Source of the DNA: an uncultured Ruminococcus sp.
GTDB lineage: Bacteria > Bacillota > Clostridia > Oscillospirales > Acutalibacteraceae
Assembly (NCBI GenBank): GCA_964646975.1
Contig: CAZYGJ010000013.1
Span: 2,466 to 66,465 of the forward strand
Direction of reading: 5' to 3'
DNA length: 64,000 bases
The notes under the pieces were generated by a model. It was not told the origin of the DNA. It saw nothing but the letters and a program-made list of their open reading frames with translations, and searched no databases. Position numbers and translations under genes: made by a program. Below, piece by piece: positions 55,842-64,000 of this stretch (position 1 is the first letter of the stretch; each line of letters begins with the position of its first letter).

Positions 55842-56002
55842 AAAACGCCCATCGTCAGACGGGCGTTATTGCTGATATTATGCCCATCATTCAAGCATTA
55901 CCACCTTTCCGTTCGGCAGGTTGGTGTGCGGTCAACGAGCTTGTCTCTCACGCACTCTTTATAGGTTAATTATATTTTACCGCCGAATTGTGAAAATGTC
56001 AA
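55842..56002 (-). promoter_or_regulatory. Promoter plus structured leader/attenuator (or remnant small-RNA locus)
   Basis: TTGACA-17-TAAAAT at 55974-56002; hairpins; terminator AACGCCC/GGGCGTT plus T tract. Confidence 0.5.
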
Positions 56003-56241
56003 CAGCATTTTTGTTCTTTCAACGCAAGCTCACCAAATGGACAAAAGTGTATAAATATTCATCGACTGTTAAGGCATATTGCTGAAAAACATTCCGATAT
56101 TTTGGTGAAAGTGATAAATATCTTGACACAATCACCCAATTATGCTATCTTTTTATAGTAATTTTATAGGAGGAAAATATGAAAAAACTTACAAAAATTG
56201 CGGCTGTTATTTCAATACATAGATTTTAAAAAATATAAAAT

Positions 56242-57033
56242 TTAATAATCTACGCCCTCTTGTTTTAGCATATTATCTTCAATTTTATAGTGTTTGGTAA
56301 TTTCCATATTATCAGCAACCCACAGTGCTAAATCGCCCGAAGAAAGTTCTGCATTATCGTCAAAAGCTCCGCATACGGAAAAATCGTCATCACGGTAGCA
56401 ATTAATAGCTTTATATGTTTTATCTATAATTATGTAGGAATATTCGACCGCAATAATATTTCCGTTCTTACCGTTATATTCACTGAAAGTAAAATCAAAT
56501 GCCCATTTTTTGTCATTCCATGACTCTGGCGTTGTAACATCTGGTGTACTTATATCGTTAACAAGCATATTAAAGTAATCCATAATGCTTTCAGGAGTTT
56601 CAAAAGTAACATCTGGGAAACTGTCCATTACCTTGCCTATGTTTATATATTCAATATTATCGCAAATTAAATCTTTAATACCATCATATTTGCCATTAAA
56701 TATATCTTTATAAGCTTGTTTATATTTGTCATCAATTGGCATTAGAGATGGAATGATATAGTTTTCTATACTTAACTTGTAGGGAGAAATTTTATCGCTG
56801 GCATTTGTTTCATTTGCTTTAGAACTAAAACAGGCAATAGAAACATAATCTTGAGTTAATACTTTCCAATCTGATGGCACGTCAAGTGAAAAAGTTACAT
56901 AATCTTCTTGGCTGTTTTTCGTTACCGTTTTTGTTTCTACATCAGGCTTAATAATGGTATTATTCTGCTGACATCCTACGAGTGAAATCATAAGCACGAT
57001 GGATATTATTGCTGATAAGAATTTGTTTTTCAT
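56242..57033 (-). CDS. Hypothetical lipoprotein
   Basis: Lipobox LVGC; AT-rich. Confidence 0.7.
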   Translation of the reverse strand: MKNKFLSAIISIVLMISLVGCQQNNTIIKPDVETKTVTKNSQEDYVTFSLDVPSDWKVLTQDYVSIACFSSKANETNASDKISPYKLSIENYIIPSLMPIDDKYKQAYKDIFNGKYDGIKDLICDNIEYINIGKVMDSFPDVTFETPESIMDYFNMLVNDISTPDVTTPESWNDKKWAFDFTFSEYNGKNGNIIAVEYSYIIIDKTYKAINCYRDDDFSVCGAFDDNAELSSGDLALWVADNMEITKHYKIEDNMLKQEGVDY

Positions 57034-57264
57034 TTGTATGCTCCTATTCCTATTATATATTTTAACTGAAAATTATTTGAGATTTTTTGATTTTATGCAT
57101 TTAATATAACTAAATTGTGATATTTATTATACTTCTTGTATTGCTTTTTGTAAAGTAATAATAAAAATAAAATTCAAACTTAATTAAAGTAATAAAGGTA
57201 AGTATATCAGGACTTATGCAAAGTTATGTGGGATATGTTTGTTCTACGAAAGGTGGCATAAGAT

Positions 57265-57609
57265 ATGGATATACTTGAAGATTTATATTATGGCAATTTA
57301 TTTCCTCATGAACAGTGTGAAAAGCTTGATGATGAGGTTAAGGAGCTATTGAAACTGCTCAACAGAAATGAAGAAAACCCCTCTGCCGAATCAGTCTTTG
57401 ATTCAGGCAGAGGGGTTCTGTATCCTCATTATTCAATTAAAACCAACCGCAACAGCGTTGCAGTTTCTTCTCTTTATCTCCTGCGTTACCTTTGCAACAT
57501 AATCCAAAATCAACTCTGCTTTGAAGAAAAGCAGAAAGAACAACGGACGGATAAAAAGTTGCAACAGAAGATTAATGATAAGAAACGAGATCGAGGATTG
57601 AAGATGTAA
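57265..57609 (+). pseudogene. Truncated/chimeric DUF6809-like ORF
   Basis: MDILEDLYYGNL..E start typical of that family, then interrupted by a strong inverted repeat (CCCCTCTGCC...GGCAGAGGGG, ~57377-57415). Confidence 0.4.
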
Positions 57610-57654
57610 TCACAGATTTAATGAATAAAGTTGGCAAAAGGGATTTTCTTTAAA

Positions 57655-58368
57655 TCAATCTAATATCGGTAAATTGTTTAAACATGGAGGTAGATGCATC
57701 ATATGATGGTCAGTCATTGGAGTTAAAATCATACCTCCCATTGTTAACCTTCCCCAAAATACTAATAACCATACCGAGCGAAAATCTGTTGTTACTCCAC
57801 CTTCTTCTAATATTCTCATTACCCATTCTTCCGGTACCATTGAATTTATCTGTACTAATGTTAGATTTCCTAATATATTACGTGTGTTTTTACCAACTGC
57901 GAGCATATATTCATGAAGAGCTTCAACGTTTATCTCTTTTCCAAACGCTATTGCTTCATCAAGTTCCAAAGCATTGCCTGTATCTGTAATAGGTGAACCA
58001 ATTTTTCTTTGCCATTCTTCATTGAATATTTGATTTTGATTTGCCATTAAAATATTGCTTACTAAATCTTCAATTCGATATGTATGCCAAAATTGCCAAC
58101 ACAAAGGAACGGTTCTAGTGCCTGCGTAATGTAAATCCACATCATAATCCTCTCTGGGCACTAATTCATTTTGATTGCCTTTTAACATATAATCCAAAAC
58201 ATAATCTGCAATAGTTTTTTCAGTTCTTCCAGAAATTTCAGCAGGATGCACCATAGCGTGAACTTCTAAAGTAAGTTCTCTTATTTTATCTATATCTGTT
58301 CCTTGTAATGCAAGTTTTAGTTCATTATATTTCTTCGTTATTGGATCAAATAATTCTTCCTTTGTCAT
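57655..58368 (-). CDS. DinB-superfamily-like protein
   Basis: FWHTYRIED and HHMMHL histidine motifs; helical. Confidence 0.6.
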   Translation of the reverse strand: MTKEELFDPITKKYNELKLALQGTDIDKIRELTLEVHAMVHPAEISGRTEKTIADYVLDYMLKGNQNELVPREDYDVDLHYAGTRTVPLCWQFWHTYRIEDLVSNILMANQNQIFNEEWQRKIGSPITDTGNALELDEAIAFGKEINVEALHEYMLAVGKNTRNILGNLTLVQINSMVPEEWVMRILEEGGVTTDFRSVWLLVFWGRLTMGGMILTPMTDHHMMHLPPCLNNLPILD

Positions 58369-58621
58369 AGGATTAACCTCCTGAAATTTATATTTTTTGA
58401 TCGATTATTTATAATTATCTTACCATATATATAGGAAATTGTCTATCAAAAAATCAGCTTACCACCAAGGGATAATTGCACCCAAACCGTGACGGGTGCC
58501 TCCTGTCATCATGCTAAGACAAGAACTACCCACTATAAGATATTACAGCAGAAAGAAAAAATATATTATACTCAAGGAAGTACATAACGCAAGCGGACGA
58601 GTGGTTACATTCGCCCGCTTT

Positions 58622-58686
58622 TTTGCAGTAATCTTCGATGTGATTTCAATGATGTGAACCCATCCGAACACTGCATTTAACTCAGG
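58622..58686 (+). repeat. Solo degenerate ~80 bp module
   Basis: gcagtaatcttcgatgtgatttcaa...ccgaacactgcatttaa. Confidence 0.6.
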
Positions 58687-58833
58687 TGTATTTAGTGTTG
58701 CGAAATGCTTTGAATCATAACATCAAGCTCACCTTGTCGAAAACTAAAATATTACAAAATAAAAAAAGACCTTTTATATTTTGCAGTTTTATATTATAAT
58801 TTATTATGTATAATTGTATAAAGAGGTGTCTTT

Positions 58834-59406
58834 ATGGATAAAAAGAGGGTCAGCGTTCAGATTGAGGGGCGAAGCTATGCGATAATCACGTCCGAGGACA
58901 AGGCTTACGTTCAAAAGGTTGCCGCCGAGGTTACCGAGAGTATACGCAACGCCGCAAGTCACAGCACACAGCTTGACACGAGAGATTGTGCGATTTTGGC
59001 GGCACTTGATTTTTGTGACGACCGCAACAGAGCCGCAAAGAAGAACGGCGATGTTGTCAAAAAAGCAGACCAAATAATCGCCCACGCAAATGAGCTGAAC
59101 AAAACCTGCACCGAATACAAAGAAAGGCTTGCCGAGGCAATAAACGAAAACACAAGGCTTTCAAAACGTATCAAGGCTTTGGAAAATCAGCTCAGAATAC
59201 TCAGCGAAGAAAACGAGAGGCTGAAAAAGTCCCGTGATTCAAGGCACGCAGACAACCTGAAAAAGAGCTTTGAAAAAACCGTAAATGACAAAAAATCAGA
59301 AAAAATGATGGGCTATGTTCCGATGCGTCAGTATTCTTTGTTTGAGGACGGCAAAAAGAACGGCTTGCAAAACACAAATGACACCGAGAATAATGAACAA
59401 TCATAA
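58834..59406 (+). CDS. zapA: Cell division protein ZapA
   Basis: VQIEGRSY..YVQKVA..V..AILAAL, followed by a long coiled coil. Confidence 0.8.
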   Translation: MDKKRVSVQIEGRSYAIITSEDKAYVQKVAAEVTESIRNAASHSTQLDTRDCAILAALDFCDDRNRAAKKNGDVVKKADQIIAHANELNKTCTEYKERLAEAINENTRLSKRIKALENQLRILSEENERLKKSRDSRHADNLKKSFEKTVNDKKSEKMMGYVPMRQYSLFEDGKKNGLQNTNDTENNEQS

Positions 59407-61465
59407 TCGCAGAATAGAAATCCTTGCACCCGCAGGCGGCTTTGACAGTATCGTCGCCGCAGTAAGGAGCGGTGCAGACGCCGTTTATGTCGGTGAAAAG
59501 CAGTTTTCGGCTCGCTCCTCCGCCAAAAATTTTGACGAAGCCGAGCTTAAAAAAGCTGTGGCATACTGCCATATTCACGGCGTAAAGCTGTATGTTACGA
59601 TAAACACGCTTGTTTTTGATGAGGAATTTGAACAGCTAAAGCACGCAATAATCGCTGCCGCACAAGCCGACGCCGACGCTCTTATCGTGCAAAATATGGG
59701 TGTGGCGGCTTTGGCACGGCAAATTGCCCCAAGCCTTGCCCTGCACGCATCAACGCAAATGAGCGTTCACACCTCGTCGGGTGTGAGAGCGTTGTACGAA
59801 ATGGGCTTTAAGCGTGTTGTGCTTTCTCGTGAGATGTCAAAGCAAGAGATAATCAAAGCGGCTCAAATCCCCGTGGAGCTTGAGGTTTTTGTTCACGGTG
59901 CGTTGTGTATGAGCGTGTCGGGGCAATGCTACTTCAGTGCGATGCTCGGCTCACGAAGCGGCAACCGAGGTGCTTGTGCCCAAACCTGCCGACTGCCGTT
60001 TTCGCTCGGCACGTCAAGGGATGGTCACGCACTCAGCCTAAAGGATAACAGCCTTGTCGAATACATTTCCGAGCTTGAAGAAATCGGGGTCGCTTCCGCC
60101 AAGATTGAGGGCAGAATGAAACGCCCCGAATATGTTGCGGCGGCTGTGAGAGCGTGCAGAGAGCAGCGTGACAACAGCTTTGTGAACAGCGACACCGCCG
60201 AAATGCTCAGAGGGGTGTTTTCTCGCACAGGCTTTACCGACGGCTATTACACAGGCAGGCTCGGCAAAGAGATGTTTGGCACTCGCACAAAGGGCGATGT
60301 GGTTTCCGCCGACGAAAAGCTCTTGTCAAAAATCAGACAAGCTTATAAGGACGAGGTTCAAAACGTTTGCGTCACGGCAAGCTTTTCCGCCAAAATCGGA
60401 GAAAATCCCGTGCTTGCGGTGAGCGACGGCAAGCACACCGTGACCGAAACGGCTGACATAACCTGCGAAAAGGCACTAAATGTTCCGCTGACGGCTGAAA
60501 AATGCAAAGCTCAGCTCTGCAAAACGGGAGGCACGGCGTATTGCATCGACGACATTAAAATCGACATTGAAAGCAATTTGTCACTGCCGACTTCCTCGTT
60601 GAACAATTTGCGGCGAAACGCATTTGCAAGACTTGACAGCCTGCGTGCAACTGTTCACAATTATGTGATAAACGATGTTGAAATCCCAAAAATAAAGCCG
60701 TATTGCGGCAAAAGCCAAGGTCTGCGTGCCGTGGTTAGCGGTACAAGGCTCGGTGAGGGCTTTAAGAAATGCGAAATCGTGTTTGTTCCGCTTTTTTCCG
60801 AAGCAGATGAAATTTTAAGGCTAATCGGTGAAAGCTATAATGTCGGCGTTGAAATTCCAAGAGGAATGTTCGGGCGAGAGGCTCAAATTCAAAATCGGCT
60901 CGAAAAGCTCAAAAATTTGGGCGTCAAGCACGCAATGTGCCATAACATCGGTGCGTTGTACCTTGCAAAACAGCTCGGCTTTACCCTGCACGGCGGCTTC
61001 GGGCTGAATATAGTCAACACAGCAGACCTGCTCTGGGCTGAAAGCTACGGCTTAAAGGATGTTGAGCTGAGCTTTGAGCTGAAATTTGAGCAGATTAACA
61101 GGCTCGGCGGAAGCATTGACAGAGGAATTATCCGATACGGTCACCTGCCGCTGATGCTTTGCAGAAATTGCCCTGCAAAAAGCGAAGGGCTAAGCTGTAA
61201 ATCTTGCAAAAATCAATCAAAATTGACGGACAGAAAAGGCAAGAAATTCTATCTGAAATGCGACGGCTGCTGCACGGAAATTTTGAATTGCGTTCCGGTT
61301 TTTGTTTCCGATAAGGAAATTTCAGATTTGAACGTAAATTTTGAGATTTTTCGCTTCAATGTTGAAAACTATGTGGAAAATGTTAAAGAAATCACCGATT
61401 TTAATGACTTTTCAATGTTAAAACAGAAAATCACCCACGGTTTATATAAACGTGGTGTTGAATGA
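59393..61465 (+). CDS. U32 peptidase family protein (long RlhA-like form with DUF3656)
   Basis: EILAPAG, HASTQM, EVFVHGALC..SGQC, RSGNRGACAQTCR, KIEGRMK. Confidence 0.9.
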   Translation: MNNHNRRIEILAPAGGFDSIVAAVRSGADAVYVGEKQFSARSSAKNFDEAELKKAVAYCHIHGVKLYVTINTLVFDEEFEQLKHAIIAAAQADADALIVQNMGVAALARQIAPSLALHASTQMSVHTSSGVRALYEMGFKRVVLSREMSKQEIIKAAQIPVELEVFVHGALCMSVSGQCYFSAMLGSRSGNRGACAQTCRLPFSLGTSRDGHALSLKDNSLVEYISELEEIGVASAKIEGRMKRPEYVAAAVRACREQRDNSFVNSDTAEMLRGVFSRTGFTDGYYTGRLGKEMFGTRTKGDVVSADEKLLSKIRQAYKDEVQNVCVTASFSAKIGENPVLAVSDGKHTVTETADITCEKALNVPLTAEKCKAQLCKTGGTAYCIDDIKIDIESNLSLPTSSLNNLRRNAFARLDSLRATVHNYVINDVEIPKIKPYCGKSQGLRAVVSGTRLGEGFKKCEIVFVPLFSEADEILRLIGESYNVGVEIPRGMFGREAQIQNRLEKLKNLGVKHAMCHNIGALYLAKQLGFTLHGGFGLNIVNTADLLWAESYGLKDVELSFELKFEQINRLGGSIDRGIIRYGHLPLMLCRNCPAKSEGLSCKSCKNQSKLTDRKGKKFYLKCDGCCTEILNCVPVFVSDKEISDLNVNFEIFRFNVENYVENVKEITDFNDFSMLKQKITHGLYKRGVE

Positions 61466-61624
61466 GATGCCGAAAATGTTAAAAAATTGAAATATTTTTC
61501 AAAAGAAAAATAAAAAATTCCCTTTTGGAAAATAAAGCTTTTTAAAATTCCCAAGGATAATTTCAAACGAGAAATATAAATCAAAAAATGAATTAATTAT
61601 GCAAAAAATTGCAAGAAATGAAGG

Positions 61625-62074
61625 ATGGATAATATGGAACTCAAAATCAAAAAACTCAAAGACAACGCCAAAATCCCCAAGCGTGCAACAAACGGCTCAG
61701 CCGGAATGGACCTTTATGCCTGCATTGACAGCAGTGTAACACTTGCTCCCGGTCAGCTTACAATCATACCCACGGGTATAGCAATTGAGCTGCCCGATAA
61801 CACCTGTGCCGCATTTTTGTATGCACGCAGCGGACTCGGAGTTAAGCACGGAATCTGCCTTTCAAACGGCGTGGGCGTGATTGACAGCGATTACAGAGGC
61901 GAGGTTTGCGTGGGACTTTGCAACGTGTCAGACAAGCCCTATGTTATTGAGCCTGACGAGCGTGTGGCACAAATGGTAATTTCACCCGTGCTTACTCCTG
62001 AAATCACCGAGGTTGCGGAGCTTTCCGACACCGTGCGTGGCGGAGGCGGCTTTGGCTCAACGGGCAGAAGCTGA
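61625..62074 (+). CDS. dut: dUTPase
   Basis: AGMDL, ARSGLG, GVIDSDYRGE, RVAQM, RGGGGFGSTG. Confidence 0.97.
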   Translation: MDNMELKIKKLKDNAKIPKRATNGSAGMDLYACIDSSVTLAPGQLTIIPTGIAIELPDNTCAAFLYARSGLGVKHGICLSNGVGVIDSDYRGEVCVGLCNVSDKPYVIEPDERVAQMVISPVLTPEITEVAELSDTVRGGGGFGSTGRS

Positions 62075-62159
62075 CTTTTGTTCGACAAAATACCGTTGCT
62101 TCGGCAGTATTATTGCTATATAATTAATTTTTGCAATCGGCAAAGAAGGAGCTGTTTAA

Positions 62160-63179
62160 ATGTTTTCATTTTCTAAGGATATAGGAATCGACCTCGGCAC
62201 GGCGAACACACTTGTGTGTTTAAAGGGCAAGGGAATAATTTTGCGAGAGCCGTCTGTGGTGGCGGTTGATATGCGTAGCGACAACGTGCTTGCCGTGGGA
62301 GCACAGGCAAAGGATATGATAGGCAGAACGCCCGGCTCAATCGTTGCGGTCAGACCGCTAAAGGACGGCGTTATTGCAGACTTTGACATAACAGCAAAAA
62401 TGCTTCAGCATTTTATCAAAAAAGCCGTCAAGCCGGGAATTTTCAGCAAGCCGAGGGTGATAATCTGTATGCCTACAGGCGTTACCGAGGTGGAACGCAA
62501 GGCGGTTGAGGACGCAGCGTATCAGGCAGGAGCAAAGCCGCCTGTTGTGCTGATAGAAGAACCTATGGCGGCGGCTATCGGTGCAGGCTTGCCGGTTGAC
62601 GAGCCGACGGGCAGTATGGTGGTTGATATAGGCGGCGGCACAAGCGAGGTGGCTGTGATTTCGCTGGGCGACATTGTTACAGCCTGCTCTGTCAGGGTTG
62701 CAGGCGACAAGTTTGACGAGGCGATAATGACCTATATCAAGAAAAAATACAACCTGCTTATCGGTGAACGCACGGCAGAGGATATAAAAGTAAAAATCGG
62801 CTCTGCCTATCCTCAGGAAAACGAAAAAAGTATGGTTGTAAAGGGCAGAAACCTTGTTGACGGCTTGCCCAAGGACATCACGATTTCGGCACAAGAGGTC
62901 AGAGATGCACTTGCAGACCCGCTTATGACGATAATCGAGGCGGTTAAAACCACGCTTGAAAAAACTCCGCCTGAGCTTTCGGCAGACATCATCGACCACG
63001 GAATTATGCTCACGGGCGGCGGTGCGTTGCTAAAGGGCATTGATATGCTTGTGATGCAGCAAACGGGTATGCCTGTGCATATTGCCGAAAAGCCGCTTGA
63101 CTGTGTGGTGGACGGTGCAGGCAAAAGACTTGTGAAGCCCGCAGGAATTCAGTATAAACACAACCGCCGAGGCTTTTAA
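62160..63179 (+). CDS. mreB: Rod shape-determining actin homolog MreB/Mbl
   Basis: [37 protein letters not shown]. Confidence 0.93.
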   Translation: MFSFSKDIGIDLGTANTLVCLKGKGIILREPSVVAVDMRSDNVLAVGAQAKDMIGRTPGSIVAVRPLKDGVIADFDITAKMLQHFIKKAVKPGIFSKPRVIICMPTGVTEVERKAVEDAAYQAGAKPPVVLIEEPMAAAIGAGLPVDEPTGSMVVDIGGGTSEVAVISLGDIVTACSVRVAGDKFDEAIMTYIKKKYNLLIGERTAEDIKVKIGSAYPQENEKSMVVKGRNLVDGLPKDITISAQEVRDALADPLMTIIEAVKTTLEKTPPELSADIIDHGIMLTGGGALLKGIDMLVMQQTGMPVHIAEKPLDCVVDGAGKRLVKPAGIQYKHNRRGF

Positions 63180-63196
63180 GGAAAGCTTTTGCTCGC

Positions 63197-64000
63197 ACCA
63201 AAGCTTCCACACGCACCATGCCCTCACTTGAGGGAGGGTGGCACGACGAAGTCGTGACGGAAGGGTGAGCTGAGGAAATGTCATATTTAAATAATACGTT
63301 ACTGCGACAGGCAATCCCTCAGTCATTTTGCAGGCAAAAGGCTTGAATTAAATGCAGTGTTTGGACGTGTTTACGCCTTTGAAATCACATCAAACATTAC
63401 TGCGATGAAATGCACAAAAACTCCCTTTGCACAAGGGAGCCTTGAAAGGTAGCATATTTCAATAACAATGATGGCTGTGGAAAGTGACATTTAAATTATA
63501 ACCAAAATGCAGTGTGTGGACGGGTGTAAACTTTGAATTATTATCAAACACAACTGCGATGAAATGCACAAAAACTCCCCTCAAGCGGGAGCCTTGGAAA
63601 TGCTTTATCTTTAGATTAAATTGATAGCTGTGGAAAAGTTTTCTGATAGCTGAAAGTATAATTTTTCGCTCAACATTTCCGCAAAATTCAAGCCTCCCTT
63701 GTGTAAAGGGAGGTGGCAAAAATGCTTGAATTAAATGCAGTGTTAGGACGATAATGTTATTTTGATTAAAATATAACCTGCCTACGCTGAATAGACAAAA
63801 ATTTTTGTCGGAGGAATTGAAAGCGTTTATGTTATATGAACATTAAAATTTAAAACCAAATCTTCCACACGCACCAAGCCCTCACTTGAGGGAGGGTGGC
63901 ACGACGAAGTCGTGACGGAAGGGTGAGCTGAGGAAATGTCATATTTAAATAATACGCTACTGCGACAGGCAATCCCTCAGTCATTTTGCAAGCAAAATGA
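63197..64000. repeat. Mosaic REP-like array 9 (runs off the window end)
   Basis: Starts ~18 bp after the mreB stop; ~63312-63426 is the reverse complement of the 115 bp unit flanking the DUF559 gene. Confidence 0.92.

Noticed and set aside
55880-55960. TPP riboswitch (fragments GAGTGC, TGAGA, AACCTG, GGTAATGC)
   Set aside because: The order and pairing of P2-P5 do not fit TPP, and the downstream gene is not thiamine-related.
58450-58625. 6S RNA or riboswitch upstream of zapA
   Set aside because: Local hairpins (GCACCC/GGGTGC) and a terminator-like stem exist, but I see no long end-to-end 6S helix or recognisable aptamer. Unresolved without an Rfam search.

Overview
Chromosomal origin region of a Clostridia bacterium (gene content suggests Oscillospiraceae/Ruminococcaceae). 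Core genes: serS, parB-parA, noc-like, rsmG-mnmG-mnmE-jag-yidC-yidD-rnpA-rpmH, guaB-ROK, tRNA-Leu/Glu/Met, gyrA, gyrB, recF, dnaN, dnaA (with a DnaA-trio oriC), the rimP-nusA-infB-rbfA-truB operon, ddl-murF-upp, zapA-U32-dut-mreB. Two things stand out. (1) At least nine intergenic mosaic arrays (about 7 kb, ~11% of the window) are built from shuffled copies of a REP-like double hairpin, an ~80 bp nested module and fixed linkers. One array holds a DUF559 (Vsr-like) endonuclease gene flanked by outward-facing repeats that supply its ribosome-binding site and C-terminus. This looks like a REP/RAYT-type system with a different nuclease as the driver (inference). (2) A 5.9 kb integrase element at tRNA-Thr(GGT) carries a stand-alone PBECR-like RNase, followed by a promoter- and terminator-bounded ~145 nt four-way-junction RNA, a candidate toxin/RNA-antitoxin pair. 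Also seen: gyrA and gyrB share an identical 5' end, the dnaA block is co-directional with rpmH, and DnaA has a variant DNA-binding signature. All alignments were done by eye; no database searches were run.
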